DNA from: Chloroflexota bacterium
GTDB taxonomy: Bacteria; Chloroflexota; Dehalococcoidia; E44-bin15
DNA: 49,968 bases
Assembly (NCBI GenBank): GCA_030626475.1
Contig: DAOUOW010000004.1
Coordinates: 1-49,968 of the forward strand
Reading direction: 5' to 3'
Shown: one piece after another, positions 8,008 to 19,174 of the stretch
How the letters are laid out: the number at the start of each line of letters is the position of its first letter
Position numbering within the stretch: position 1 is the first letter of the stretch
Notes under the pieces: generated by a model
The model's input: the letters and a program-made list of their open reading frames with translations, nothing else
Told to the model about the DNA's origin: nothing
The model's database searches: none
Position numbers and translations under genes: made by a program

Positions 8008-9975
8008 ATGCCCAACTTCAAGATCGTCTCAGATTTCGGGCCTACCGGGGACCAGCCCCAGGCGGTGGATAAGCTGGTTGAGGGGCTTGAGCGCGGCTTT
8101 AAGCACCAGACCCTCCTCGGCGTCACCGGCAGCGGCAAGACCTTCACCATGGCCAACATCATCGAGAGGGTAAACCACCCCACCCTGGTCATGTCCCACA
8201 ACAAGACCCTCGCCGCACAGCTCGCCACCGAGCTAAAGGAGTTCTTCCCCGATAACGCCGTGGAATACTTCGTCAGCTACTACGACTACTACCAGCCAGA
8301 GGCATATATCCCCCGCACCGATACCTACATCGAGAAGGAGACCGATATCAACGAGGAGATCGATAAGATGCGCCACGCCTCGACCAGGGCGCTGTTCACC
8401 AGGAGGGATGTCATCATCGTGGCCTCGGTCTCGTGCATCTATGGTCTCGGCTCCCCCGAGGAGTACCACGCCTTCGTGGTCAGCCTCCAGAAGGGCGAGA
8501 TGCGGAAGCGGGACAGGATCGTGCGCCAGCTTGTGGACATGCAGTACGAGAGAAACGACATCGACTTCACCAGGGGCCGCTTCCGCATCAGGGGCGATAC
8601 CCTGGAGATTCAGCCCGCCTACGAGGAGGTGGCGGTGAGGGTGGAGTTCTTTGGCGATGAGATCGAGCGCATCGTGGAGGTCGACCCCCTGACCGGCGAG
8701 CTTCTGGCGGAGAGGGAATCCATAGACATCTATCCGGCAAAGCACTTCGTAACCTCCCACGATAAGCTCATCGCCGCCATCGTTGACATCGAGGAGGAGC
8801 TTGAGCACAGGCTGAAGGAGTTCAAGGCACAGGGGAAGCTCCTTGAGGCGGCCAGGCTTGAGGCCAGGACCAACTACGATATCGAGATGCTGCGTGAGGC
8901 GGGATTTTGCGCCGGTGTGGAAAACTACTCCCGCCACCTGTCACGGAGAGCGCCGGGGAGCCCGCCGTGGACGCTGCTCGACTACTTCCCCGAAGACTTC
9001 CTCGTGTTCGTCGATGAGTCCCACATGACGCTGCCCCAGGTGCGAGGGATGTATCACGGCGACCGCTCGCGAAAGGAGACCCTAGTGGAGTACGGGTTTC
9101 GCCTGCCATCGGCGCTGGACAACCGCCCGCTCAACTTCTCCGAGTTCGAGGAGCACGTAGACCAGGCAATATATGTCTCGGCAACCCCAGGCCCCTATGA
9201 ATATGAGCACAGCGAGCAGATAGCGGAGCAACTCATCAGGCCCACGGGGCTACTGGAGCCCTCAATCGAGGTCAAGCCCACCGGGGGCCAGATCGATGAC
9301 CTTATGGAGCAGATAAAGAAGCGCGTTGAGCGGGGGGAGCGCTGCCTGGTGACCACCATGACCAAGAGGATGGCTGAGGAGCTTGCCGATTACCTCAAGG
9401 AAATGGGAACAAAGACCCACTACCTCCACTCCGAGATCGACACCCTGGAGCGGGTGGAGATATTGCGCGACCTCAGGCTGGGGGTCTACGATGTGGTTGT
9501 GGGCATCAATTTGCTTCGCGAGGGGCTTGACCTTCCCGAGGTGAGCCTGGTCGCCATCCTCGACGCTGATAAGGAAGGCTTTCTCAGGTCGCGCGACTCA
9601 TTGATCCAGACCATGGGCCGTGCCACCCGCCACGTCGATGGACAGGCGATCATGTACGCCGACACCATCACCGGCTCGATGCAGGCCGCCATCGATGAGG
9701 TGCTGCGCCGCCGCAATATCCAGACGGCCTATAACCAGGCGCATGGCATCACCCCTCAGGGGATCAAAAAGGCAATCAAGGACATCACCGACCGGGTGCG
9801 GGTGGTGGCCGAGACCCGCGCCCCCTACACCGTTGCCCCCCTTCCCAAGGATGAGATGCTGCGCCTGATCAAGGACCTGGAATCGCAGATGAAGACAGCG
9901 GCGAGGAACCTTGAGTTCGAGAAGGCAGCCCTGCTCAGAGACCGCATCATCGAGCTGAGAAGGGATATGGAATAA
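8008..9975 (+). CDS. uvrB: Excinuclease ABC subunit B
   Basis: [45 protein letters not shown]-terminal UVR domain. Confidence 0.99.
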   Translation: MPNFKIVSDFGPTGDQPQAVDKLVEGLERGFKHQTLLGVTGSGKTFTMANIIERVNHPTLVMSHNKTLAAQLATELKEFFPDNAVEYFVSYYDYYQPEAYIPRTDTYIEKETDINEEIDKMRHASTRALFTRRDVIIVASVSCIYGLGSPEEYHAFVVSLQKGEMRKRDRIVRQLVDMQYERNDIDFTRGRFRIRGDTLEIQPAYEEVAVRVEFFGDEIERIVEVDPLTGELLAERESIDIYPAKHFVTSHDKLIAAIVDIEEELEHRLKEFKAQGKLLEAARLEARTNYDIEMLREAGFCAGVENYSRHLSRRAPGSPPWTLLDYFPEDFLVFVDESHMTLPQVRGMYHGDRSRKETLVEYGFRLPSALDNRPLNFSEFEEHVDQAIYVSATPGPYEYEHSEQIAEQLIRPTGLLEPSIEVKPTGGQIDDLMEQIKKRVERGERCLVTTMTKRMAEELADYLKEMGTKTHYLHSEIDTLERVEILRDLRLGVYDVVVGINLLREGLDLPEVSLVAILDADKEGFLRSRDSLIQTMGRATRHVDGQAIMYADTITGSMQAAIDEVLRRRNIQTAYNQAHGITPQGIKKAIKDITDRVRVVAETRAPYTVAPLPKDEMLRLIKDLESQMKTAARNLEFEKAALLRDRIIELRRDME

Positions 9976-9976
9976 G

Positions 9977-11290
9977 TTGAAGATATCCATTATTTCTACA
10001 AACCGGGAGCAATTCCCCCAGGTCGCCATCCCCATCGGTCCCGCCTGCATTGCAGCGGCACTGAGGGAGCAGGGACACCAGGTCGAGATCCTCGACCTCT
10101 GCTTTGAACCAAAGATAGAGGAAGCGGTCATCACCCACCTGGAAAGGTATGCCCCAGAACTGGTCGGCATCTCCCTGCGGAACACAGAAAACAATGAACT
10201 CTTTCACTGCCTCTCCTATCTCGAGGATACCAAGAGCATCGTGGAAACAGTCAAAAAGCATAGCCAGGCAGAGATAGTCATCGGGGGCGCCGCCTTCGCC
10301 CTTTCCCCCGAGGAGCTCATGAGATACCTTGAGCTGCCCTACGGGATTGCCGGAGATGGTGAAACTGCCTTCCCGCTCTTCATCCGATATCTTCAAGGCG
10401 AAGGGGAGCTGGGCTCCATTCCCGGAATTTGCTATTGGGGCGACAAGAAGGTGGTAGTAAGCCCCGCAGCCAAGATCAGGGATTTTGCCCGGTTGCCCTT
10501 CCCCGCCTATGACCTCCTGGACCTTCAGCGGTATCTGGCTGCGGTCCCCGCCCTTCCAATAGAGGGCAAGAGGGGCTGCGACCTGGCTTGCTCCTTCTGC
10601 CCCGATGGAGCCGACAAGGAGGGATGCCGGCCGAGAGCCCCCAAGCTGGTGGTTGATGAAATGGAGTTCATGGCAAAAGAGCACGGTATCCGGAGATTCT
10701 TTTTCACCGATGGCGTGTTCAACTTCCCCCCAGACCATGCCCTGGCAATATGCCGGGAACTCAGAGAAAGAAAGCTCGACGTAAGATGGGCGGCAGATAT
10801 TAACCCGGTGGCCGTTTCCCAGGCACTGGTTGCCGCTATGAAAGAGACAGGTTGCCGAAACATCGCCCTCGGCATTGACACCGCCTCAGCAAAGATGCTC
10901 CGGGGCTACCGCAAGGGCTTTGACAAGGAGGCCATCGTCAGAGCAGCCAAACTACTCACCGATGCCGATATTCGCTTCGCCTACTGGATCCTTTTCGGCG
11001 GCCCTGGAGAAAACATGGACACCGCCCAGGAGACCATTGATTTTCTTCAAGACGTGCCCCAGCCGGTCTTCTTTCGCGCCGGGATCAGGGTCTTCAAAGG
11101 CACCGAGCTGGAGAGGCAGGCAAGAGAGGAAGGGGTGCTCCCAGAGAACCACGATATGCTCTCGACAACCTTCTACCTCTCCAAAGACCTGGGGGAAGAC
11201 TTCGCGGAGTGGCTGGACAGGCAATGTGAGCCCCATGAGAACTGGTTTACCATCACCAAACTGGCGAGGCTAGGGTTGGTGCCCCCCTGA
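9977..11290 (+). CDS. B12-binding domain / radical SAM protein
   Basis: PIGPACIAAAL..GHQVEILD, VIGG, KRGCDLACSFC, FFTDGVFN; TTG start right after uvrB. Confidence 0.85.
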   Translation: MKISIISTNREQFPQVAIPIGPACIAAALREQGHQVEILDLCFEPKIEEAVITHLERYAPELVGISLRNTENNELFHCLSYLEDTKSIVETVKKHSQAEIVIGGAAFALSPEELMRYLELPYGIAGDGETAFPLFIRYLQGEGELGSIPGICYWGDKKVVVSPAAKIRDFARLPFPAYDLLDLQRYLAAVPALPIEGKRGCDLACSFCPDGADKEGCRPRAPKLVVDEMEFMAKEHGIRRFFFTDGVFNFPPDHALAICRELRERKLDVRWAADINPVAVSQALVAAMKETGCRNIALGIDTASAKMLRGYRKGFDKEAIVRAAKLLTDADIRFAYWILFGGPGENMDTAQETIDFLQDVPQPVFFRAGIRVFKGTELERQAREEGVLPENHDMLSTTFYLSKDLGEDFAEWLDRQCEPHENWFTITKLARLGLVPP

Positions 11291-11314
11291 AACGACCTCA
11301 TTCAGCGTTAGCGG

Positions 11315-11343
11315 TTGACACCACATCTGCAGAATGCTAGTCT
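11315..11343 (+). promoter_or_regulatory. Sigma70-type promoter for the beta-propeller triplet
   Basis: TTGACA-17-TAGTCT with extended TG. Confidence 0.6.
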
Positions 11344-11381
11344 CTTGCTACCTGCTCGGCCAAGAAATGAAGAGGTGATGT

Positions 11382-12260
11382 ATGCAAGCTAAAGCAATTG
11401 TGACGGTCATCCTTTTGTGCATCGTTGCATTGTCAGGTTTTGCCTGCTGCGGAGGCGGCGGAGAAGAGGAGAAGATCGCCTTTGCCTCCGACCGCGACGG
11501 CGACTATGAGGTCTACGTGATGGACGCTGACGGCTCCAACCAGACCAGGCTCACCAACAACCCCGCTACCGACGTGTACCCCACGTGGTCGCCGGACGGG
11601 AGCAAGATCGCGTTCTACTCCAACCGTGACGACAACTATGACGTCTATGTGATGGACGCCGATGGCTCCAACCAGACCAACCTCACCAGCAACCCGGCTT
11701 CCGATGGGTTTCCGTCATGGTCGCCGGACGGAAGCATGATCGCCTTTGTCTCTAACCGTGACGACAATGATGAAATCTACGTGATGGACGCCGACGGCTC
11801 CGACCAGACTCGCCTCACCAGCAATCCGGCTCGCGATTGGGGCCCCTCATGGGCACCAGACGGAAGAAAGGTCGCCTTTTGCTCGTTCCGTGACGGCAAC
11901 CCTGAGATCTACGTCATGGACGCCGATGGCTCCAACCAGACTCGCCTCACCAGCAACAACGCTACCGACGTGCACCCCGTGTGGTCGCCGGACGGGAGCA
12001 GGATCGCGTTCTACTCCGACCGTGACGGCAACTTTGAAATCTACGCCATGGACGGCGACGGCTCTAACCAGACTCGCCTTACCACCAATCCTCCGGCTCG
12101 CGATTGGAGCCCATCATGGTCGCCAGACGGAAGCAGAATCGCCTTCGTCTCTGACCGTGACGGCAACCCTGAAATCTACGTGATGGACACCGACGGCTCC
12201 AACCAGACCAACCTTACCAATAACCCGGCTGACGATGACATGCCATCGTGGTCGCCATAG
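11382..12260 (+). CDS. TolB-like PD40 beta-propeller lipoprotein, 6 repeats
   Basis: Signal peptide with SGFAC lipobox; ~44-aa repeats [42 protein letters not shown]. Confidence 0.85.
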   Translation: MQAKAIVTVILLCIVALSGFACCGGGGEEEKIAFASDRDGDYEVYVMDADGSNQTRLTNNPATDVYPTWSPDGSKIAFYSNRDDNYDVYVMDADGSNQTNLTSNPASDGFPSWSPDGSMIAFVSNRDDNDEIYVMDADGSDQTRLTSNPARDWGPSWAPDGRKVAFCSFRDGNPEIYVMDADGSNQTRLTSNNATDVHPVWSPDGSRIAFYSDRDGNFEIYAMDGDGSNQTRLTTNPPARDWSPSWSPDGSRIAFVSDRDGNPEIYVMDTDGSNQTNLTNNPADDDMPSWSP

Positions 12261-13354
12261 GCTGCGGGGGAGCAATGAGGAGGTGATGTGTGCCAGCTAG
12301 AGCAATTGCCACGGTCATCCTTTTGTGCACCGTTGCGTTGTCAGGTTTTGCCTGCGGAGGCGGCGGAGAAGAGGAAGCGGCGCCAGCAAAGGGTGAGCTC
12401 GCCTTTGTCTCTGACCGCGACGGCAACTATGACATCTACGTGATGAACGGCGACGGCTCCAACCAGACCCGCCTCACCAACAACCCGGCTTGGGATGAAG
12501 ACCCATCGTGGTCGCCGGATGGAAGCAAGATCGCCTTTACCTCTAGGCGCGACGGCAACTCCGAGATCTACGTGATGGACGCCGACGGCTCTAACCAGAC
12601 TCGCCTCATCAACAATCCGGCCCCAGATTGGGGCCCATTCTGGTCGCCAGATGGGAGCAGGATCGCCTTTATCTCTGGCCGTGACGGCAACTGGGAAGTC
12701 TACGTGATGGACGCCAATGGCTCCAACCAGACCAACCTCACCAACAACCCGGCTCGGGATACGGCACCCTCGTGGTCGCCGGACGGGAGCAGGATCGCCT
12801 TCCAATCTTTCCGTGACGGCAACCGGGAGGTCTACGTGGTGGAGGCCGACGGCTCCAACCTGACCCGCCTCACCAATAACCCGGCTTGCGACTGGGGCCC
12901 ACCATCCTGGTCGCCGGACGGGAGCAGGATCGCCTTTTACTCGATCCGTGACGGCGACAAGGAAATCTATGTGATGGACGCCGACGGCTCCAACCAGACC
13001 AACCTCACTAACAACCCTACTGGCGATTGGCTCCCATCCTGGTCGCCAGCCGGGAGTAAGATCGCCTTTGTCTCTACCCGTGACGCTAACTTTGAGATTT
13101 GCGTGATCGATGCCGACGGCTCCAACCAGACTCGCCTCACCAGCAATCCGGCTGGGGATGAGGAGCCCTCGTGGTCACCAGACGGGAGCATGATCGCCTT
13201 CCAATCTGACCGTGACGGCAACCTTGAGATCTACGTGATGGACAGCGACGGCTCCAACCTGACCCGCCTCACCAACAACCCGGCTGATGATTGGGACGCC
13301 TCGTGGTCGCCATAGGCTGCGGGGGAGCAATGAGGAGGTGATGTGTGCCAGCTA
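12246..13354 (+). repeat. 54-bp identical gene-junction direct repeat (12246-12299 and 13301-13354)
   Basis: TCGTGGTCGCCATAGGCTGCGGGGGAGCAATGAGGAGGTGATGTGTGCCAGCTA occurs twice; TAGGCTGCG recurs at 14341. Confidence 0.9.
12290..13315 (+). CDS. TolB-like PD40 beta-propeller lipoprotein, 7 repeats
   Basis: Same architecture; GTG start after GAGGAGGTG. Confidence 0.85.
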   Translation: MPARAIATVILLCTVALSGFACGGGGEEEAAPAKGELAFVSDRDGNYDIYVMNGDGSNQTRLTNNPAWDEDPSWSPDGSKIAFTSRRDGNSEIYVMDADGSNQTRLINNPAPDWGPFWSPDGSRIAFISGRDGNWEVYVMDANGSNQTNLTNNPARDTAPSWSPDGSRIAFQSFRDGNREVYVVEADGSNLTRLTNNPACDWGPPSWSPDGSRIAFYSIRDGDKEIYVMDADGSNQTNLTNNPTGDWLPSWSPAGSKIAFVSTRDANFEICVIDADGSNQTRLTSNPAGDEEPSWSPDGSMIAFQSDRDGNLEIYVMDSDGSNLTRLTNNPADDWDASWSP

Positions 13355-14343
13355 AAGCAATTGCCACGGTCATCCTCTTGTGCACTGTTGCGTTGTCAGG
13401 TTTTGCCTGCTGCGGCGGCGGAGCGTCACCACAGGGTAATATCGTCTTTGTCTCTTACCGTGACGGCAACCCTGAGGTCTACACTATGCAGGCCGACGGC
13501 TCCAACCAGATCAACCTCACCAACAACCCGCTTAGCGATTTGATCCCATCATGGTCGCCGGATGGCACCAAGATCGCCTTCCAAACTAGCCGTGATGGCC
13601 AGTCTGAAATCTACGTCATGGACACCGACGGCTCCAACCCAACCAACCTCACCAGAAACCCGGCCAGGGAGTTTCAGCTATCGTGGTCGCCGGACGGGAG
13701 CAGGATTGCCTTTGTCTCCAACCGTGATGGCAATGATGAAATCTACGTGATGGACGCCGATGGCTCCAACCAGACCAACCTCACCAACAACCCGGCTTAC
13801 GATGGATCACCGTCGTGGTCGCCGGACGGGAGCAGGATCGCCTTTGTCTCCAAGCGTGACGGCAACTCGGAGGTCTACGTGGTGGACGACGACGGCTCTG
13901 ACCAGACCAACCTCACCAACAACCCGGCCAGCGATTTGACCCCCTCATGGTCACCGGACGACAGCAAGATCGCCTTCCACTCCGACCGTGATGGCAACTT
14001 TGAAATCTACGTGATGGACGCCGACGGCTCCAACCCAACCAACCTCACCAACAACCCGGCTAGCGAAGCATCCCCCTCTTGGTCACCAGATGGGAGCAGG
14101 ATTGCCTTCCTCTCTCTGAATGAAATCTACGTGATGGACGGCGACGGCTCTAACCAGACCAACCTCACCAACAGCCCAGGCAGGGAGTTTCAGCCATCGT
14201 GGTCGCCGGACGGGAGCAGGATCGCCTTTGTCTCTGAGCGTGATGGCAACGCTGAAATCTACGTGATGGACGCCGATGGCTCCAACCCAACCAACCTCAC
14301 CAACAACCCGGCTGACGATCGGCACCCCTTGTGGTCGCCCTAG
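13345..14343 (+). CDS. TolB-like PD40 beta-propeller lipoprotein, 7 repeats
   Basis: Same architecture; one repeat lacks the RDG loop (AFLSLNEIY). Confidence 0.85.
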   Translation: MPAKAIATVILLCTVALSGFACCGGGASPQGNIVFVSYRDGNPEVYTMQADGSNQINLTNNPLSDLIPSWSPDGTKIAFQTSRDGQSEIYVMDTDGSNPTNLTRNPAREFQLSWSPDGSRIAFVSNRDGNDEIYVMDADGSNQTNLTNNPAYDGSPSWSPDGSRIAFVSKRDGNSEVYVVDDDGSDQTNLTNNPASDLTPSWSPDDSKIAFHSDRDGNFEIYVMDADGSNPTNLTNNPASEASPSWSPDGSRIAFLSLNEIYVMDGDGSNQTNLTNSPGREFQPSWSPDGSRIAFVSERDGNAEIYVMDADGSNPTNLTNNPADDRHPLWSP

Positions 14344-14374
14344 GCTGCGTATCCGAGCTGATGAGAGGAGAAAT

Positions 14375-16219
14375 TCATTCCTTGCTTTCGGGCGGCTCCG
14401 AAGAGGGTTCCTCCTTCTCCATGGGAACCTCCACCGCCCTGGAGGGCAGGAATTCCTTCAGCTCCTCAAGCCTGCCGGAGAGATATTCTTGAATTTGAGC
14501 CCCCTCCCTGGAGATGGCCACCCTAATGCGGGAGCTGTAGCGCCCCATGTGGCGAAACTTGTGATAGCGATCCCTGACCAGGGTGCGAGGGTGCAGCCTT
14601 TGAATTTGCACCAGCTCATCGAGGATGAACCTTTTGAGCAGACGCGCTGCCTCATCAGGGTCGGCGTGGGCCCCTCCCTTGGGCTCAGGCACCACTACAT
14701 CCACCACACCCAGTTGCTTGCAGTCTTGAGCCGTGATCCTCAACGCCGGGGCAACCTCCTCCGCCTTGTTCACATCGCGATAGAGAAGCATAGCAGCCCT
14801 CTCCGGAGGGATCACAGAGAAGATGGCATTCTCCAGCATCAGGTTGCGGTTGGCAACCCCGAGAGCAAGTGCCCCCTCGCTTCCTCCCTCACCAATGATG
14901 ACCGAGATTATGGGCACCGGCAGGTCTGACATCAGAGCCAGACACTGGGCGATGGCGTTCCCCACCCCTCTTTCCTCAGCCTCAAGCCCGGGGTATGCCC
15001 CTGGGGTATCGATAAACGTGATTACCGGCAGCTTGTATTTTGCCGCCAGTTTCAGCGCCCGCTGCGCCTTGCGGAAGCCCTCAGGGTAGGCTCGACCCAA
15101 ATTTCGCCCATCCTCACCACCATGGCCCCGCTCCTGGGCCACGATCATCACCGTCTCCCCACCAATATCCCCGATACCACATATCACAGCACCGTCGTCG
15201 CCACAAAAACGGTCGCCGTGGAGCTCGACGAAATTGGAGGTCATCCTGACAATATAGTCCAGGGAGGTAGGTCGCCGCTCGTGGCGTGTCAACTGGACGC
15301 TTTGCCATGCCGCTTCACGGCGGGCGAGGGGCACCTCACGGCGCAATATCCTCCTCATTCGGGTCAACCGATATTCATAGCTCAGCAATGCAAGAAGAAT
15401 AGAGAGCAGGGCGCGATGCTGGGTGCGCTCCACCACACAGTCGATCATCCCATGCTCCAGATGGGATTCAGCGCTATGTGCCTTCTCTGGTAGGGGCTTG
15501 CCCTCAGTCTGCTCCACTACCTTAAGCGGGGCAAAGCCGATAAGGGCACCAGGTTCGGAGATAATGATATCGGCAAGGTTTGCAAAGCTGGCATAGACCC
15601 CACCGGTGGTCGGGTTTGTGAGCACGCAGATAAAAGGAAGGCCAGCATCATGAAGGCGCTTGGCCACAGCCGCGGTCTTGGCCATCTGCATCAGAGAAAG
15701 CACCCCCTCCTGCACTCGAGCCCCGCCACTGCCGACCACGGCAATCACGGGCAGCCTGCGCTCGAGGGCAAGCTCGAAGGCAAGAGCAACCTTCTCCCCG
15801 ACAACACAGCCCATGCTGCCCCCCAAAAAGCCGAAGTCCAGTACCACAAGCACTGCGGGGTTGCCCTCAATATGACCAAGCCCGGTGACCACCGCCTCGG
15901 GGAGACCGGTCCTTTTCTGGGCATCGAAGATGCGCTTCTTATAGGAAGCTTCCCCGGAGAAGGAAAGAGGGTCGAGAGAAGCCAGGGAACGGTTCGTCTC
16001 AATAAAGCTGTCCTCATCGACCAAAAGCTCTATCCGAACTCCTGCTGGCAGAGCGTAATGAAAGCCGCATGTGGGGCACACGCGATAGCGTTGAAATAGC
16101 TCAGAAGAGAAAAGGTCGGCGCCGCAATAGAGACAACTCTCCAGCTCCTCAAAAACCTCTCTCTCTATTTCTTCTTCCTTGGGCCGACTAATAAGCCGTT
16201 CGAAAAATCTTCTCACCAT
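14375..16219 (-). CDS. accDA: Acetyl-CoA carboxylase carboxyltransferase beta-alpha fusion (AccD-AccA)
   Basis: Zn finger CLYC...CPTC, GGSMG, GGARVQEG, PTTGGV; then RPTSLDY, IDTPGAYPG, GEGGSEGALA. Confidence 0.93.
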   Translation of the reverse strand: MVRRFFERLISRPKEEEIEREVFEELESCLYCGADLFSSELFQRYRVCPTCGFHYALPAGVRIELLVDEDSFIETNRSLASLDPLSFSGEASYKKRIFDAQKRTGLPEAVVTGLGHIEGNPAVLVVLDFGFLGGSMGCVVGEKVALAFELALERRLPVIAVVGSGGARVQEGVLSLMQMAKTAAVAKRLHDAGLPFICVLTNPTTGGVYASFANLADIIISEPGALIGFAPLKVVEQTEGKPLPEKAHSAESHLEHGMIDCVVERTQHRALLSILLALLSYEYRLTRMRRILRREVPLARREAAWQSVQLTRHERRPTSLDYIVRMTSNFVELHGDRFCGDDGAVICGIGDIGGETVMIVAQERGHGGEDGRNLGRAYPEGFRKAQRALKLAAKYKLPVITFIDTPGAYPGLEAEERGVGNAIAQCLALMSDLPVPIISVIIGEGGSEGALALGVANRNLMLENAIFSVIPPERAAMLLYRDVNKAEEVAPALRITAQDCKQLGVVDVVVPEPKGGAHADPDEAARLLKRFILDELVQIQRLHPRTLVRDRYHKFRHMGRYSSRIRVAISREGAQIQEYLSGRLEELKEFLPSRAVEVPMEKEEPSSEPPESKE

Positions 16220-16225
16220 TTTCCC

Positions 16226-18541
16226 TCAGCCTCCCTTCTCTCCTTGCACCTGTCGAGACTTCCCCGGCTCCCCTGGGGCGACAATGCCCTGTTCTTCCAG
16301 CAGGTCCATAATCCGGGCTGCCCTGGGATAGCCGATGCCCAATCGTCTCTGCAAGAAGGATGTGGAAATACGGCTGTGTTCCAAGGCAAGACGCCTCGCC
16401 TGCTCCAAAAGGGGATCCCCAGTGGAGACGGCGGAGGGAACAGACGCCTTAGCCATGTCTTCAGCCAGTTGCGACACATAGGCTGGCTGTCCCCGCTGGC
16501 TGATCCAGAAGCTCACCAACCTCTCGATCTCAGGCTCAGAGATGAAACTCCCCTGGAGGCGCTTTGGCCTGGCGGCATCGGGGGGCAGAAAGAGCATGTC
16601 CCCCTGGCCCAGGAGCTTCTCGGCACCACCTGAATCAAGGATGGTGCGTGAGTCCACCTGGGAGGCCACAGCAAAACTGATGCGAGCGGGGAAGTTGGCT
16701 TTTATCAGGCCGGTAACCACGTCCACTGAGGGGCGCTGGGTGGCAACAACGAGATGAATGCCTGTAGCCCGCGACAACTGGGCCAGGCGGCAGAGTCTGC
16801 GTTCCACCTCATCGGGGGCGGCCGCCATCAGGTCGGCAAGCTCATCGATGATGAGCACCAGATAGGAGAGGGGCTCCTGCGCCCTGGGATTTTTATTGTA
16901 GGCTTCGATGTCGCGCGCCCCCACGGCAGCCAGTTTGTCATAGCGATGGTCCATCTCGCGGTCGAGCCACTTCAATGTCGCCACTGCCTTGTCACGATCA
17001 ACAACCACCGGCGATACCAGATGGGGTACGCTGCTGAAGTCCACCATCTCCACCCTCTTGGGGTCGAGCAAGAGCAAGCGCACCTCCTCAGGGGTAGCGC
17101 GGAGCAAGAAGGTGGCGACCATCGATTTTAGGCAGATGCTCTTGCCACTCCCCGTGGCCCCGGCGATGAGGAGGTGGGGCATCCTGGTCAGGTCAGCAAC
17201 CACGGTCTCGCCCGAGACCCCCTTGCCCAAGGCCAGAGGAAGTTTAGACTTCGACCTGAGTTTTTGAAACTGCGCGCTCTCATGAACGCTACGCAAGCTG
17301 ACCAGAGCCGCCGTTGTATTGGGCACCTCAATCCCCACTATGGACTTTCCCGGTACCGGGGACTCGATCTTGATGCTGGAGGCAGCGAGGGCTAAGGCGA
17401 GGTCGTTGGCTAAAGAGTTGATGCGCTCTACCTTAACCCTGGTCTTGGATATCTCCTCCAGCCTGACCTTGATATTGCCATCTCTGTCCCTCTCCTTGAT
17501 CTCCCGATACTTGCGATCCCACCCCGGCTCGACACCGAACTGGGTAACAGTAGGACCCACGTTTATCTGAACCACCTTGGCTTCAACGCCATAGCTGGCC
17601 AGGGCTTCCTCAATAAGCCTCGCCCTCCGCTCGGTATCTATTTGCCCCATCTCGACCTCAGGGGCTCGTTCCAGGAGGGAGATGGAGGGCAACTCCCATT
17701 CCCCTCTCCTTTCCTCAGCTACAAGGGGGGTCAATTCCGCTACCTCAGGTTCGTGGGGTTCAGGCGCCACTTCAGGTTCAGGCATCACCCTCGGCTGAAC
17801 CACTACCGGGGGTTCGCGCTCCAGCAGGTCGACGCGTTCAGCCGGCTCCACCACAGGCTTGGGGGGACGCCTCAGCCGCCTCAGCCGAGAGATAAGGATT
17901 CGGTGAACGGGATAGCGGCGATATAGACCCCAGAGCCAAACCAGCGAGAACCAAAGATAACGATGAAGTGGATAGCGTTGATATAGATTTGCTACCGCCA
18001 GGGCGTAGGTTGAAAAACGGCGCCAGGTCCTCCGCGGGGCGACCAAGAAGAAACCAGCAAGACATATCACCGCCAGCCTCAGACCACCAAGGGCATCAGG
18101 GGCACCAATGACCGCCTTGCCCAGGTTTCCGCCCCAGGTGTGCTCACTGGGAATGCCCTCCCCTGGCTTGAAGAAGGCGAGGGCTCCGAAAAGGGCGAAG
18201 AAAAAGACAATGACGCCCAGCCATCGGTTCCAGCTACTGAGAAAGCGCGGAGTCCGCCACCGCCACACCAGCCATATCAGGAGTAAAATCACCATCGCCA
18301 GCAGGACGAGGCCACCCCCAAAGGTCTCGATCAGGCTGTCGCGGGCAGTTTCAAGCGCCGAGATCAACGGTGCGCTAAAGTAGAATAGCAGCGCCAGAAA
18401 GAGCACAAATAGGAAAAAGTACCGCATCGGGCGGGAGAAGAAAATGCGTGAAAAGCGCCCCAACAGCGAGGGATTTCTCCTGGACGTCTTGCGGCTACCC
18501 CCCTTTGCTACCCTGCGCGCCCTTCGTCGACCCTTGGCCAT
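16226..18541 (-). CDS. ftsK: DNA translocase FtsK/SpoIIIE
   Basis: N-terminal TM helices, MPHLLIAGATGSGKS, IIDELADLM, ATQRPSVDV, gamma domain LQRRLGIGYPRAARIMD. Confidence 0.96.
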   Translation of the reverse strand: MAKGRRRARRVAKGGSRKTSRRNPSLLGRFSRIFFSRPMRYFFLFVLFLALLFYFSAPLISALETARDSLIETFGGGLVLLAMVILLLIWLVWRWRTPRFLSSWNRWLGVIVFFFALFGALAFFKPGEGIPSEHTWGGNLGKAVIGAPDALGGLRLAVICLAGFFLVAPRRTWRRFSTYALAVANLYQRYPLHRYLWFSLVWLWGLYRRYPVHRILISRLRRLRRPPKPVVEPAERVDLLEREPPVVVQPRVMPEPEVAPEPHEPEVAELTPLVAEERRGEWELPSISLLERAPEVEMGQIDTERRARLIEEALASYGVEAKVVQINVGPTVTQFGVEPGWDRKYREIKERDRDGNIKVRLEEISKTRVKVERINSLANDLALALAASSIKIESPVPGKSIVGIEVPNTTAALVSLRSVHESAQFQKLRSKSKLPLALGKGVSGETVVADLTRMPHLLIAGATGSGKSICLKSMVATFLLRATPEEVRLLLLDPKRVEMVDFSSVPHLVSPVVVDRDKAVATLKWLDREMDHRYDKLAAVGARDIEAYNKNPRAQEPLSYLVLIIDELADLMAAAPDEVERRLCRLAQLSRATGIHLVVATQRPSVDVVTGLIKANFPARISFAVASQVDSRTILDSGGAEKLLGQGDMLFLPPDAARPKRLQGSFISEPEIERLVSFWISQRGQPAYVSQLAEDMAKASVPSAVSTGDPLLEQARRLALEHSRISTSFLQRRLGIGYPRAARIMDLLEEQGIVAPGEPGKSRQVQGEKGG

Positions 18542-18553
18542 GATCCTCAACCT

Positions 18554-19150
18554 CTAGAACATAGATAGCTGCTTGGCTTCAGGCTCCGCTTCCTCGACCT
18601 CCCCTGCTTCAGCCAGCAAGGAGGGTATCCTGAGCATGTCTTCCTCGATAATGCGGCGCAAACTCTGCTGGTGCAGGGCGGCGGCGGGATGATACATTGC
18701 ATAGTAGATCATCCCCTGCTTCTTGCGTGCTGTGCCCCGCACCTTGCCTATGGCATCGCTGGGGAAGAACTGAGCCAATGAATAGCGCCCCAGGGTTACG
18801 AGCATCTTGGGCTTAATGATCTCAATCTGGCGGTCGAGCCACTTTCGGCAAGCCTTCATCTCCGAAGGCAGGGGGTCCCGGTTTGAGGGGGGCCTGCATT
18901 TCACCACGTTTGCGATATAGACGTCCTTCCTACTCAGTCCAATGGAGGCCAGAAGTTCATCGAGGAAATGACCGGCAGGTCCGACAAAGGGGCGCCCCTG
19001 CTGATCCTCATGCCAGCCCGGGGCCTCGCCAACGAAGAGAATGGCTGCCTTCTCCGCCCCCTCGCCGGGCACCACCCGATTGCGATTCTGCGCCAGAGCG
19101 CAATCCTGACAGCGGGCTATCTCCTCATTAAGCTGGCTCAGTAGTGACAA
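18554..19150 (-). CDS. udg: Uracil-DNA glycosylase family 4
   Basis: CQDC, VGEAPG, GRPFVGPAG, NVVKCRPP, YHPAA; C-terminal QLSMF clamp-like motif. Confidence 0.93.
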   Translation of the reverse strand: MSLLSQLNEEIARCQDCALAQNRNRVVPGEGAEKAAILFVGEAPGWHEDQQGRPFVGPAGHFLDELLASIGLSRKDVYIANVVKCRPPSNRDPLPSEMKACRKWLDRQIEIIKPKMLVTLGRYSLAQFFPSDAIGKVRGTARKKQGMIYYAMYHPAAALHQQSLRRIIEEDMLRIPSLLAEAGEVEEAEPEAKQLSMF

Positions 19151-19174
19151 CTCTCTGCTCCCAAACGCAAATTT

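Noticed and set aside
8233-10738. Long minus-strand ORFs (234, 198 and 263 aa)
   Set aside because: Antisense shadows of uvrB and the radical SAM gene, expected in GC-rich coding DNA.
11382-14343. Diversity-generating retroelement or CRISPR-like array in the 132-bp repeats
   Set aside because: The repeats are in-frame protein blades; there is no reverse transcriptase or non-coding template repeat in the window, and by eye the differences are not confined to adenines.
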